Below, piece after piece: positions 40,331 to 55,001 of a DNA stretch of 64,000 bases. Source of the stretch: the human T2T-CHM13v2.0 reference genome, Homo sapiens; assembly GCF_009914755.1 (NCBI RefSeq), contig NC_060928.1; one strand, 5' to 3'. Positions within the stretch are counted from its first letter, which is position 1, and every line of letters starts with the position of its first letter. A program made the position numbers and the translations under genes. The notes below the pieces were generated by a model that made no database searches, was not told where the DNA came from, and saw nothing but the letters and a program-made list of their open reading frames with translations.

Positions 40331-40873
40331 ATTATTTTCTCTTCATTAGTGATGCATTTTGTATACTTTTCCCTCAACAATGTTCTCTTTCTCGACCTCT
40401 CTCTTTCTGTTTCTGTCCCTCTCCCTTATCCCTCACTGTCTAATCCTCTCCTACCCACAGATATAAGTACACACACACTCACACACAGCATTAAAAATGA
40501 AAAACTCTTAAAGACACAGAAGGCATACACAATCATGTTAATGGACTTAGTCCAATCCAATTCTATTGTTTCAGTATCCATATAAATGTATATACAGATA
40601 GCTAGACAAATTTACTTGATTGTGAAAGACATGACATCATAAGTGTAACGCTTATAATTTAATCCAGTCACCCTACTGTCTGGCCAAAATTATACTGAAC
40701 TTTTTCCAAGACAGACACAGGTTTAAGCCAGCCATCATTTTGCTTGAAAAAGATGCCCGTGCTACCCTATGTGTTTGTGTGGTTGCAATCATACAGAGAT
40801 GTTATCTATTTATATAATTGAGGATACAAATGGATAGAAATTTGCTTAAAATATGAATTCATTTATAGTCAGC

Positions 40874-40876
<3 letters not shown>

Positions 40877-40920
<44 letters not shown>
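40877..40920. repeat. (AC)22 microsatellite
   Basis: Perfect dinucleotide run. Confidence 0.98.
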
Positions 40921-40922
<2 letters not shown>

Positions 40923-42899
40923 TTTCTTTATCAACCTTAAAAAAACCTAATTGTATCACTTCAAGATTGCCCAGACTGAAGCAGATCTCTCTCTTCTCTC
41001 TTACTGAATGCCAAATCATTCATTTATCATTTAGGTTCCTCCCCATCAGCCTTGAAGAATAACATACATAAATCTAAAGTGAAGAAAAAAATAAATAAGT
41101 GATAACAAAAAACTATGGCTAATTTCATGCTTCATATATTTAAATAAAAATGGTGTGCCTTATGTATAAACAACAACTGCTTGGAAGCAGGCAGTTGGCT
41201 CAGCAGGTAATAGTCCCTTTCAATAAGAATGTTATTTTCTCTGGGAATTTGTATGACTCTGTGAGATGCTGGTAGCCATGATTGACATACTATAAATTAT
41301 GTGGAATTGGGCAAGTGCCATGATACAAAATAACCCACAGTTTCAAGTGCTGAATATAAGTGACTCAAGCTGTATCTATCTTAAAAATGTTGACCCTATA
41401 TATAACATAAATTTTGGGGTATCATGTTTATGGGGAGCGGGGTAATATACTGAGGAATAATATTGGGAGAACAAAAACTCACCGGTGGTCTCTTTCTCTA
41501 ACTAGCCACATCATTTAGTAGTAAGTATACCTCCTGTTCTGGAGTACTGTATGTGTATATATGAAGTTCAAACTTCAGGTCACTTTCATAATCACGAAGA
41601 AGGGCAGAGTACTCTTAGCCAAAAGTCTGCCCCAGTTGAAGTATTGAATTAAAACTGAAGACTCTGGGTAGAATTAGCTACAGTATTAAGTAATAGCTAT
41701 CTGATCTGGTAGGAAACTAAGAGTATAGAAGTGGGATAGGACATATTCTTAGGGCAGTATTGTTGTCAAGCACTGAACACCAGCATTGACAGAGGTTCTG
41801 ATAATTGTAATTTTTTTCTGGATAGAATATTCACCTAAATGGATTGAAAATTATTTTTAACAAAACCTCACAGGTATTTTTTTCTATATATTCAAAAAAG
41901 AATTGTCTTTGCTACATCCCCAGGAGTCCTTGAACTAGTTGCTGCTGGAACTGTTATTTCTTCTTCTTTCATCAGTGACAAACAGCCTTAGTATCAAATG
42001 GTAGGCCTCACACTTTTCTTTCTCTGTCTTTGTATTTCTCAGGTATAAGGCAAGAAGGACAAGCACCAATTCTGCCTTCGTTCTAGTTCTTTCATAATTA
42101 TGTTTTTGATAAACCTTATCTGCTGCATAAAAAGATATAAGGGAAACTTGATTAGTACACTTAAATTCTATGCTTATGTGGAGATCTTGATACAGACATC
42201 TAATGCACTGTTCTTCTCTGTAATCTATTCATCTCTGGCCTTAAATAAAAGTCTCTCAGCCTAATAAATCTGTCGACAGTCTATCCAACATTGTCAAGAT
42301 TAATGCTGGGGCTATCAATTGACATATCAAAGCAACTCTTCCTCTGAGGAGGGTTACACAATGATTTGCTTGAATCTCATCAAAGTCACACTACATATTA
42401 TATTTTATAAAGCATATATATATGCTCAAATAAGTCCTCAAATGTATATTCATTATATTCTTTCCAGATTGAATTTTCTTTTGAATGAAAAAGAAATTTA
42501 ATCAAATAAAATATCAAATATATTTATTTTATAAATAGCAAGCTTAACTACACTTTGCCATCAATCATTTTGCCATCAATATTTGCAATCTTTTCTCCAT
42601 AATATTTTCATAATATTTTTAAAAATGATGGAATGCATTTCTTTTTTCTTGTTATTTTAATGGATCTTAATTCTAATCCATCTATTACAATATTCCTGCC
42701 TTTGCTTTTTACTAGACTTCTCTATAGGACCAGAAAAATACATATTATGGTGCATAATATTGTATTATGAATAAATATTTCAATTTGATATCTTTTTTAG
42801 CTTGCACCCCCTATATATGATCTACTCCTTGAATTTATTTCTTAAATACAACTGAAGGGTATCAATTTATCACCATGTTTAACTTATGGACAATGTTTA

Positions 42900-43660
42900 T
42901 TGGTTTCCCCACAGGTACTCAACAGTTTTCCAATCCATTCTCCAAACCACAATGATGGTAGTCTCTTTAAAAAGGTAAATGTTCTATTGTGAGAATCCCT
43001 TCCCCTTAAGACATTTAATATCTTTCCACTGCTAATAAATTAATACACATATCTTTAATGTAGTCTACAAAGTGCATTCTCTCTATATGTGTAAATATAG
43101 ATGTACATATACACACATATTTATATTTTTCCATAAGGCCATGTACACCTCTAACACAGTTTACAAGGACGTGAGAGTGAGTTTCTACTTACCTTTCCAG
43201 CCGTAAATTGCACTATTGTCTCTTTCATGCTCTACAGACGAGTCTGTAAATAAAATTTTCTCATATGTTGGTGTTGGAACATATCATGTTTTTTCCTACT
43301 TCAGTCTTTCCACATGCTGGTTTTTCACCTGTGCTTCACTTAGATCTTACTTGTCTTTTAAATCTCAGATAAAATGCCTCTTAGGAAAGACATTTTCTAG
43401 ACTCTAGAGTGGAAGCACTTTCTCAGACTTTAAATCTTTGCAACATTCTTATCTCTCTTTTGTAAGTCTTATTTCATTTTATAGTTATTCCTTATATAAG
43501 GAATCATCTGCTTAATATCTATTTGAGCCACGAGATCGTCAGCTCTGTGAATGCAATGACAAAACAGATTTTGGTCACCTTTTTATTTCCATTACTTAGA
43601 GAAGTGCTTGGCCCATGGTAAGTACTCAATAAATATTTTGAAAAATATTTAATATGAATG
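42900..43660 (+). mobile_element. L2 3' remnant
   Basis: Ends agtgcttggcccatggtaagtactcaataaatatttt. Confidence 0.7.
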
Positions 43661-44874
43661 AAAAAGGGAAGAAGAAAGGAAAGAAACAAATTTCAAAATA
43701 GTGAAATTAGCATGTGGGGAAACAGATGTGGATGGGGACACTGACGCCAGCACCCACGTCTGGTGGTTTGGTGATTACCTGTACATAAACACCAGCTGGC
43801 AGCTCATGATCTGTGCAATTCAATCAGAGTATTTCAGGTTCATCCCAAAGTTGAAAGCCGTTATGGACATAGAAGTCTGCAGGAAATCATGAAAATGTGT
43901 GAAGATTCAGTTAGATTTTGGATCTCTTGATTATTCTTATAGCACTGTATGCAACATTCTATGCTTAATAACCAGCTTTTTCCTCCCCTACATTACTAAA
44001 CATATGCCTTCCCAAAAATAAGTTCCTCCTGACAAATATAGCCTACCGTTTGTTAATATTCAAAAGCAGTCCTTCTTGCTTTGTCTGTATAGTTTGGGAA
44101 TTGTCCTAACTTCTGTCTTAAGGCAACACAAAGAAATTAATTAACTTGCTTAGTCTTCTACAGAGTGCTTAGTGGAAATACCTCATGACAAGACTTTCAT
44201 TAATTTGTCATTTTTCACTGCAAAACAGGTGAAAAGCCCTAAGAATCAGCAGTATCTTTGTCTAGAAGCCATTAATGAATTGAGAATTATCTTATGGATG
44301 TTAAAGACATTCACTCATCCTCTGAATGAGAATGATCTGGTTTAAAATGCATTACAAATGTAGTGATGGTGTTGATCACAAAATTCCTAAAACTTTTATT
44401 ACTACGGCAAGTGTATATTTAGTCTGAAGGAAATAAGCCTCATATAGGCAGTTTCTCATTATTTTACTTTAGAAAGCTGAGTCTGAAATGACTTTCATGC
44501 TGGCAATTGTAATATTGGAATTCTTGATCATATGTTTATATTTTTATCAGATACTTATAATATGCCTGTTCTGTAGTCGACTAGATGATTTTAGATTTCA
44601 TATCAAGGTATTTAGAGAAATATTCCTAAACGGAAACAGATCAACCTTAAACTTGGTACCAAATTGTCAGCTAATGGACTGAATATGTCACTTTTGGCAT
44701 TCTACCATTTTATATGGCTGAAAACTGACTATAATAATCTTACTGGAATTATTTCTAGTGAAAGCTGGGATATGGAGGCAGTCCTTAGAATTTACATAAA
44801 GCCTAAAGATAATATGCAGAAGGGCTTGTTTAAATAAACTGCCCAAATCCAGGGCTTTACTTGGCAGTTTAATA

Positions 44875-45270
44875 CTTCAGCAAACGTTTACTGAGGGTCC
44901 AGCTTGTGCTACCCAATATGTTAGTCAATGGGAATATAAAATTGGAAAAGACACATTTTGGTTGTCCAAGCCCTTACTGTCTTGTGGAGAAGGCAGATAA
45001 ATAAACATATCCTATTGAACAGCATGGTAAGTTACATGATATGGGTAAGCTAGGAGTGCCCTGGAAGATAGGAAAAGCCTTCATTCCCCTCCATACTTGA
45101 GCTGAATCGGGAAGGATAAAGGAATACAAATTAGCAACTGAAAAGTGGAAGGAGAGGAGTGCATTTCAAAAGTGGGAAAGAGTTTCAGCATGAAGATACG
45201 AAGTGAATAGGCTGAGAATATCTTAATCCTCCTGAAGAGAGATGTTGCAAGATGTGAGGATGAAGAGTTT
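44875..45270 (-). mobile_element. L2 3' remnant
   Basis: ttcagcaaacgtttactgagggtcc is an antisense L2 tail. Confidence 0.6.
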
Positions 45271-45699
45271 TTCAAGGACCGTTCATGATCCCTTCCAAGC
45301 CAATACCCAGTTTGTCACTGTGGACACATCTCACTCTTCAACCCCAAGAGACAGGTCTTTCTAGGAGAGTCATTTTCTTCTTGAGCCTGCTTCCCGATTT
45401 GCTAATCTAGCTGTACTCTGAGTTCCCTTTCAAAAATGTACAAAGATTATTTTAGTACTTTGGTTCCCAAGAACCACAATCTATGCATTTCTATTTATAT
45501 CCACGCTTTTTAATCCAATGAAAGTATGGTAAAAGGGAGTAAAGAAAAGGCTGAAAATTAGCCTTGAGTTACTCTTCTGAATTTGGGCAGTTTATCCTTC
45601 AATTACTAAAACTCACTGAACCTGTTTCATTTTCAAGTATTTTCAAGTCATTCTTAGCATTTGTTCAAAGTAGTACTCAGTAAAAGTTGATGTTTTCAC

Positions 45700-45875
45700 T
45701 GTGGCATGTTGGTAACATGATTTACAACCAACTCTCAAAGGGAAAAAAATCAAAAATAAGCCTTGATTTGTAATGTTTTCCATAATTATGGCATAATATT
45801 CCAACTATGACCAGCTGAACCCTGACCTCTATATTGATATCACTGAGTTCAAAGTTGATAAAAGATTTGGTGAAT
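45700..45875. mobile_element. MER63-like hAT fragment
   Basis: tgttggtaa..aaccaactctc..gccttgatttgtaatgtttt. Confidence 0.5.
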
Positions 45876-46672
45876 AAAAAAATGAATTTGCAAATAATTT
45901 TGAGTTAATGAATAAATTCACAGGCTTACCAAGAATAAAATTAACTCATAAACAAATAAAAAATGTAATTTGATTTTTCTTCTGCTAAAAATTTCATGCA
46001 CCACATAAATTGTTGGATGGCAAGTTACCATTTTGCAATAAAAAAAGGTGTAAATCTTAGAAGACAAGCACAATTTGATGTTCTGTGACTATGTAGATAT
46101 AGGTATCAATATACTTATTGTTGTCATCCTAATAACCATAGAAACTTCAATTCATTTGTTATATTTATACATCAATTTTATCAATGCAAAACTGGAAAAT
46201 ATTATCTAACACTCAGATAATGTGGAGTATTCAGCAATCTTTAAATATGGAGCACTCTAGAATCATTAAAAAGATTGGAGTTCTGGCTACCATTATATGA
46301 ATAATATTATTGAACATTGGCATGTTGGCTATGATTTATCTGCTATCCAAAATATGGGGCTTAACTTTTTACAAACTTTTTTTTTGTGATATTTTATTGA
46401 TACTTTAAATCCATTTGTTTTCTGTCAGATAACAACTTCACCAATAAAACATGCCAATTGTTATACATACTTTTGAATTCACAAATAAAATAATTATAAT
46501 TAATTATAAACTAAACAAGATGTTTTGTTAATATTACATAATTTGTTGAAAGGCTAATCTATGGCATAGAGGAAATGGTTTACAATTTTAGAAGAGTTTA
46601 CAATTTTAGAAGGAGGATCTAAATATACAATACTAACAACTAAGACTTTGATCAATAACATTTCTAAACAGC

Positions 46673-48196
46673 CAGTTTTGCCCAGTGGAAATATGATGTA
46701 ACCCATAGATGTATTTTAAATATTTTAGCAGCCAATTTTTTTAAAATTAAAAAAGACTAGGGGAAATTAATTTTCATAATATGTTATACAATAAAGTATA
46801 CCCCAAATATTATCATTTTAACATGCAATTAATGTAAACATTTAAAAATATTTACATTTTTTCTACTCAAAATTTAAAACCTGATGGGTATTTTACACTT
46901 ACAGCATATTCCAATTTGATGCAAATTTGCTTTAAAAAATAATCTTTATTTAGATGTCCTGAAATTTATAGTTGAAAAGACTCACATACCCAAGCTTTTC
47001 CAATCATACTTAAAACTTTTCCCATAATAAATTTAAACACGAAATTTTCTTTTTTTATTTGCATATACACTAACAAACCTGGTTCATATTTTTTAGAAAA
47101 CCTGATTTGTCTTTGAAGTTGTCTCATATTTAAAAATTCCAATAATTCTGGATCTTTGATCTAATATAGCTGGAGCACTCTACACATAAAATTATTTTTT
47201 TCTAGTTGAAGTTATTCTTTAACATATATAAAAAATTGAAAATATCTTTGCAAGGATATTAATTATTTAGTCTGCAAAATAACAACATTTCTTTGTATAT
47301 TTAGAAGCCCTTTCACACAAAGCATACCAGTATGTTAATTGGATTGTCTCTTGTATGACACATGTAAGGTTAACTATTTTCAAGTTTTCAGAATTTGAAT
47401 CCATTAATCTTTGATGTTATTAGGATGGTTTTATATTCTATGGAAATTTGATGGCTTTATTGAAGATGTTTCAATTTCATAAAATATCTTTTTTAGTTTT
47501 TTATCATAATTTTCTCAAAAAAATTATAACTAAAATAATTTTTTTCTTTTACCATATCTTCACCTAAAAATGCGGTGGATTTTTGTGCAACAACTCAGCC
47601 ATGTTTTAGCTGGCCAAAGTTACAAGCTGATAACCTATAGTTTTAAATCATCAATATTTTTTGTTGCTCACTTTATTCTGATTTTAGACAACTAGTTTGT
47701 TAATAGTTTTTGAACGTTGGGAGAAAATCCTTCACCAAATTTTTATCTATTGCCAAAAATGTCTTTTAATATTTTCCCTTTTGTCAAATTTAACCTATTT
47801 GTTTCACACAACACACAGATCTTCTATTTTGCTCTACTGCACCAGGTTATAATTGTCTTTAATCCTGAAATGTGCAAAGTTTTCTTTCTCTCTCTCAACT
47901 TTTCTGGTAACAGTTCTAGCTTTTACATCTTCATTTGATCTTTGCATCAGAATCACTAGTTTGTTTAAAACAAAATAGCTTCCTGCACCAATTAATTATA
48001 CAAGCTGAATCTATGTGTTTCCTAAGTATAGTACTAGAAATGATATATGTCCTAAACATGCTACAATGCACCAAAAATGTTTATGCAATGCAAGTTTAAA
48101 ATGAGATACAGTCCAGGAAAACAATAAAATTATGTTTAACAGAGAAATTTTTTTTACAATATACTAGTTATGGTTTTCAGGAAAGATAAGATCAAT

Positions 48197-48241
<45 letters not shown>

Positions 48242-48947
48242 ATAGAAGGTGTATATATATCCTATTTATAGGAGCTATATATATCTCTCTCTCTTATGTA
48301 TAGTAGCTATATATATTTCATATATATAGGAGCCATATATTTATAATATATAATATATATGAGAGGAGATTTATTAGGGAGATTGGCTCATGAATTTATA
48401 GAGGCTTGGAAGTCCCATGACAGTCTGCAAACTGGAGACCCTAGATACTGGTAGTTGGCTCAGTTCAAGTCCAGAGAACCAGGGAAGCTGATGTAACTGT
48501 CTCAGTCTGAGGCCAAAGACCTGACAACCCAGGTGCCTGCTGGTGTGTGTCCTGGAATGCATAGGCTGAGCAGTTTAAGCAAATAGATCAACACATTCAC
48601 CTTTGTGTTTTTCACCTCTGTTTCTTTTTTTTCTCTGCAGATCACCAGCAAATTCGACGGAACCTGTACACCTTTAGGATTTATCTTCCCAACTAGTCCT
48701 CTCCAGACTCACTTGCTCATCCCCTCTGCAAACACTATCACAGAGACACACCCAAAAATAGTGCTTTCTCAGTTTTCCAGGTATTTCTTAATTCAGCCAA
48801 GTTGACACATAAAATTAATAATCACACATTGCCTTAGTATGAAAACTTAATCAAAATAAAAAATTCAGTTGTTCCTCAGATGCACCAGTCTCATTTCAAG
48901 TCCTCAACAGCAACATCAGCTAGTGATCACTGTATTGGACAGTACAG
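46673..48947. mobile_element. Charlie5/MER33-type hAT DNA transposon with internal sequence, interrupted by an MLT2 LTR
   Basis: MER33-like left end (cagttttgcccagtggaaatat..gaaattaatttt) and right end (catttcaagtcctcaacagc..tgtattggacagtacag). Confidence 0.75.
48160..48826 (-). mobile_element. MLT2 (ERVL) solo LTR with (TA)n
   Basis: gagatttattagggagattggctcatg..caagttgacacataaaattaataatcaca. Confidence 0.88.
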
Positions 48948-51069
48948 ATCCTAGAACAAACCACCCTATAGGACAGCACAGGTTTTAGAACAAACCACAA
49001 AATAGACATAGTAACATGGTATTCTAAGTTTATAAAATTTTAAACCAAGAATCTTCTTGGGTTGTTTGAACGCTATTTCACTTAAGGCATGGTAAAAACA
49101 ATAGAGCTTGCAATGTATGTGCCCTAGATTCAAAGACAGACATCCTCCTCCAATGGGACGAGGATGCTCACAGTCCTTTTGCTAAAGGTATTAAAAGAAT
49201 AATCATTCTAAAAAGTGTGACAGTCAAATGCGGGCAGTATCCTTTTCGAGTACCTCCTATGACAGTTCTAACTTAGGTCTACAAATATTTTCCAGGATTT
49301 ATAATAAAATGATCCATTAAAATCAATACAGCACTGATTAAAATATCCTATTTATCATTTCAATTAGGTACATACATATCTATACATATGTCCCTTTTTA
49401 GGATATCTAAATACTCAATAATTAGTATACAGATTCAGTTTTTATATTTTTATTTATTATTAAAAACATTTTGTTGACAAGTGCTCACTTGAAGTAACAG
49501 CAAGTACTTCAAATAAGTATTTCGTAATTTAGGTCTTGCATATCCTGTCAAATATACCTGCAAGAAATGGTGCCCTCTTAATTCAGATCTTTGCACGCTT
49601 ATAACAACAACCTTCCATTTACTAACTCTAAGTATTAGGTGTATTTGCTTCAGTCATAGTCATAACACTTTCCAAAATAGAAAAGAGGGGCTATGCTTCT
49701 TTAAAAGATAAAGAAATGAAGGACAAATGGTGAGACCAATGTGTGAACGTATGTTCTTATTTCTATGTTAGTGCTTAATCTCTGGACCACACTGTCCTTT
49801 GGGGGAAACAGCCACTGTGACTGCACACAACAAAACCTAGATCATAAAGCTTTGCAGAAAGAATCCCCACCTTTTACCCTTCATGCCTTTATAAATCCTT
49901 CAAGCCATGTTATTATAGTAAATATTTAAAAAAATTCTAATGTGTCACTGATTTGCAACTACTCTTCCCAAGTGACCTAAGGCTGTTCTGCCAATGTAGT
50001 TTACTGTGCCATAAATTGGATCATCACAATTTTACTCACATCAGATCCCAGTGGGACCAAAAACTGCAAGAAGATTGTCAAATATTTCAATTTGTCATTC
50101 TGTCACCCAAGATCCCTTTTCCCTCAGGCCCCAAATAGCTGTGTGCAATGGGATAAAATGGGTCTCAAAGAAGATAAAGTGGTAAACAGGAATCTTGATA
50201 CACATCAAAACACTCTGCCACATGTAACAAAATGTTATTACCCTGAAGCAGACAAACTTATAAAAAGAGAAATATGTAATACCAAAGAGTGAAAAATAGC
50301 CTTTTATATTATGACAACATCTCTTATCTGGAAATATCCCAAGGTGCTTTTTCAAATGCGCTGTTTGAATTACTTTGCTATATTAAAATACAGGGACATA
50401 TTGATTGATTTCTCAGTAGCAGAAGAATATATTTGTTTTAGAACATGTAAATTTTTTTTAAAAAATTCTTCTCCTTTAAGGTCTTCTCACCCTTTCTGTC
50501 AAGCTCTATATCCTGTCTTCCCATTCCTCCTGTATAATTGCTTCCTCTTGAAATGACTGCTTGTACGAAGTTTATGTGAGTTATTGATTACATATTGCTA
50601 TCAATGTACCATCTGTTTTAAGGTCTTTTTTAATAAAGAGCAGAAACAATCTTATGTCTCAGAATGGATGGATTATTTTAAAGACATAGGAAGTGATGTA
50701 GAAGACAGGCATGTTGCTTGAAGGAGTGAAGAAGCCATGCTCGAGATGGAGTTCATGCAAGCAGGAGGTGGAGGAAAGACTCATCAAGGGGCAAGTGTGC
50801 AAGTGTCCTACAAAAGACATGAATCACCCATTTTCCCTCAGCCATTATCAGTCACTCCAGCAGATGTATATTTGTCTCTACCCTTCATTGAGTTTGTCTC
50901 CTGGTAAATTTGATTACCATCACCACCTCACATCATCTGCTTCAACTGTAGCTGAAAGTTTCTTTCCACTTCCGAAATTCATGAGAAAGAAGATATGCTT
51001 GTCCCAGCTCACCCTTTTTTTTTTTTTTTTTTTAACACAAGGCGGCCTTTTAAAATCTTGTTCATGTCT

Positions 51070-51630
51070 TTAGTTTCTCCGTCCTAACCATTTCCATCTA
51101 TTCTCCACATACCCATAGAATGCAACTTCTATATCACAAATTTGGTCTTGTGACTTCTCTAATGAAAAATTTTCAGTGCTTTCCTCAGTGTGTTTGTGAT
51201 GAATGCACTGGATGTGGCACACTGGTGCCTAGTGATGTGGTACACTAGTGCCCAGTGATGTGGTCTGATTACTACTCCAGCCCCATGCTGACCACTCACG
51301 CCTCACATCTTACTCATCAGTTGCATGCTCTACTTCATAGTCTCTGCTTTCCCTTGATTCTGGGCCTTTATGCCTGCTGCTTCCTCTAACTAAAATGCCT
51401 GACCTGCTCTTTGTACCTGAATAAGTCATACTAACTCTTGAATGTTCTTTTGATGATTTTCTTCATTGTAGTTATCATATTCTATGTTAAATGCTCATTA
51501 CACTAGCCCATTTTTTCTCCTAGCCCTGCAAAATGCACTCCTTGAGTGCAGGGTTTCTATCCATCTACAACAATGCCTACCATGTGCTTGGCAAATGATA
51601 GACACCAAAAAGTGGTTGTTGAAGAAATGA
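51070..51630 (+). mobile_element. L2 3' remnant
   Basis: ctccttgagtgcaggg..gtgcttggcaaatgatagacacc..ttgttgaagaaatgaa. Confidence 0.65.
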
Positions 51631-51979
51631 AAACAAATGCATGTGCTTAAGTCTGTCTACCTAGTCTCTATTAAATCTAAACAAACTCATTGCAGAGAAA
51701 CAAAATGCTGATTTATTGCTTAAGTGAAAAAATATTTACGCTTTTATCTGCATCCTAGAGTTGCTAGAAGAGTTGACTTAAATTTTTACAACAAACCTTT
51801 ATTCTCATTTCTTCTATCAACATTTATTTCCTTCCTTTAATGATTGATGCATTGTACTACTTGCTATTAAAAAAAAAAGAGTTGAAAATTGCAGTTTCTT
51901 TCTTCAGACTCCAAAGGCCAGTGGGAGAGACATAATGAAAAACAACAATAAAGTGATCAACTACAATGTAGAAATATAT

Positions 51980-52740
51980 AATGTACCAGTTATGACAGTT
52001 TAGTTAATGCTGTAGCAACAGAGCACTGAAAAAATCTCTCAGTGGCTTCTGCGCTACCTGTCTATTGCAGGTCAGTTATTATCCTGGTCTGTATCATCTT
52101 CACTTGGGTACACAAACTGATGGAATAGCCACTATCTGCATTGTCCTCCATCTCATGGTATAAGAAAAGGATCATGGAGTATTATGTTTATTCTGACTCT
52201 ATAAGTTCTCGCCAAGTCTGCCTTCATGTAATTAGGCAAAGCAAGTCACAGTTTCAATTTAGTCAAGCAGGCTGGGCATGCACCATCTTCCCACAAGGAT
52301 AAGCACCCCAAGGAGAAGCATCGAATATGGGTGACCTGAATCCTATCTTGACGTGTACTGAGTCTTGAAAAATGAGTTGGAATTATATAGATGGAGAAGA
52401 AAGAGCGCTATTCCTGACAAAATGCCAAAACACAAAGGCAAATGACAGCAGGACATATTATTCTGGCTAACCGAAGTATACAATGTATGGACACACATAC
52501 GCCTGGGTAGATTGGAGGGGCCATGCTAAGGGTTTGGAAGTGACTGAAAATCATTAAATGAGAGGGTAATCCGGTGCACATTTTAGTAAAAATAGCTGCA
52601 GCCATTTGAAGAAGATGTTAATGGAAGTGGGAGTTAGGAGAATCTGGAAAGAATAGTGATCTGTTATAAGACAATTACAGCAACCCTGGTAAAAAAGTGT
52701 TAAGGGATGGAGATACTGTGTGAACAGAAGAGAAGAGGGC
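51980..52740 (-). mobile_element. MLT1-like LTR remnant followed by an L2 remnant
   Basis: aaatctctcagtggctt, ggcaaagcaagtcaca (MLT1); tgagtcttgaaaaatgagttgga (L2). Confidence 0.5.
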
Positions 52741-54673
52741 AACAAGAAAGGTCCTGTTTTCTTATGCAGCTTCAATTTTACTTGGTGCCTTATGAGTAGG
52801 TTCAAGTAATTTACCTTTGATATAATGACAAGTTTCCTATTTCAGAACATAGGAGAAGTTATTCAATTGAGATAAACTAAAGCTTTGGAAAAAAGGTCAC
52901 TGTAACTTTTGTTTTTATAGCAAATTACTCTGGCTCACATGTCTGTCATATATTATCATTCTTAATTGCCCTACGCAATCATTGGATCATTTTAATCTAT
53001 AATGAAACATAAGAGGCTGTAGTCTTGAAAAATAATGAGTAGAGAGATGGCCAAAATTATCTTGAAATTCTTTTCCCTAGATCTTGGATAGTAAGGTTAC
53101 AGAAATAACATCTCCATTCATATGTTTAAGAGTTTTATCTAAAACAAAACGAGAAGCTACCCTAGGAAACTCTAACAAAACTTTATTGGCACCTAAATCA
53201 CAAAGAGTTTGGAATTGTTTTAAGGGTTGCCATTTCTATTCTCAATCTTGTTTTGATATTCCAGGTTTCATACCTTTAGCATATCTAGGTGCTTTGATTT
53301 TTCAAAGGAAATTTAAAAATTAGAGTGGCTGTGAATAGCATTCACAGCTTCCGGGGATAATAGTTAAGAGAGTTTTAAGTACATAAATAGCTACTTTAAT
53401 TGCTATATTTTAATTCAGAATCCAGAAATCTTGAATATGGCCAATGTATTAGATGTCTTTGTAAATTTTGGTAAATTAACTAATAATATACAACAGGTTT
53501 TCTTCTTCAAACCCTATAAACTAAAAACTGCCCATGCAAAATCTCTTTTAAGACATTTTCTATATCCTCTTGTATATTAGTGTGCTTTATAAAATCTCTG
53601 GATAAATTAGCATCAGGGACCAGTGTCATAAAATAATCTCTTTTTGAAGGAATAGTATCATCATCTATTCAAAAAGGTGTACAATTTTAGCTAGTTTGAA
53701 AATCTTTTGATAAATATTTTTATAGCATAACTGATATAACTAAAGTAGAGAAGTAAAAACACATATTATTTTTGTAATGTTATTAAAGCAAGTATTTGAA
53801 ATATACTTTCAATTTTTAAAATGTTCTGGTTAGCCTGCTCCTTGCAAAAAGCTAAGAGTAGCTTGGTTTGGCTAATATTGCTTATCACCAAAGTGTAAAG
53901 ATAGGGAGAGTAGTATGAAATGAACAAGCGAACCTGAAGGTCAAAGGAAGCAAAAAGATGAATAAAGCCAATCAGAACGAGAGTCTGATTGAGGCATTGA
54001 ACTAGGAGGAATGATGAGTCAGCATGGTAAAAAATAAAGAGGCAGAGGGGCAGTCATGAGAAATCACAGGGGAAAACCTATCTTCCATGTGACGAGCATC
54101 TTTTATGCGGTGAAAATTTGACACTTTAAAATGTGAAAAGGAGATATGGTTTTTTTAAAAAAGCACTTGCTGTTCTTCTGTAGAAGCATTCAAAAAGTAA
54201 TAGTTTCATTTACACAATAACTATTAAAAGAGCTAGCCAACTACAGTAAAGTGGAAAATCTAGAGTTGTTCATATTCAGTTTCTCGACCAATCTAAAATT
54301 ACAAAATTAGGAACATTGCAGGACATTTCAAAACCATTATATAAAATTTAGAATCTATTGAAGAGTACAAAATAGTACAAGAAATAAAAGAAAACTCATT
54401 TAAAATTTCACCACTACAAATGCACATGTAATTGTTCAATATGGTAAGTGAAATATAATGGTTCTCTCTTACAGATACAAATAAATAATATATATATATA
54501 TACACACACACAGTATACATATGTATATCCATATATAAACATACTATTTTATCTATGATAAACATTCTTGTGTATATATACATGTATTTATGTGTATATA
54601 TGTGTGTGTGTGTATATAATTGTATAACTATGTGTATTAGTCCATTTCTGTATTGCTATAAAGAAATACTTGA

Positions 54674-54983
54674 GTCTAGGCGTGGTGGCTCATGCCTGTA
54701 ATCCCAGCACTTTGGGAGGCCGAGGCGGGCATATCACGAGGTCAGGAGATCAAGACCATCCTGGCTAACACAGTGAAACCCCGTCTCAACTAATAATACA
54801 AAAGAATTAGCCAGGCGTGGTAGTAGGTGCCTGTAGTCCCAGCTCCTCAGGATGCTGAGGCAGGAGAATGGCTTGAACCCGGGAGGTGGAGCTTGCAGTG
54901 AGCTGAGATCGCGCACCACTGCACTCCAGCCTGGGTGACACAGAAAGACTCCATCTCAAAAAAAAAAAAAAAAAAAAAGAAAG
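54674..54983 (+). mobile_element. AluY/late AluS
   Basis: gagatcaagaccatcctggctaacac, gagcttgcagtgag; A tail; TSD aaagaaatac(t/c)tga. Confidence 0.96.
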
Positions 54984-55001
54984 AAAGAAATACCTGAGAC
55001 T

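Noticed and set aside
39595-42060. Polypyrimidine+AG acceptor-like sites (about 39612 and 42042)
   Set aside because: No convincing paired donors or coding frame; lncRNA exons cannot be supported without transcript data.
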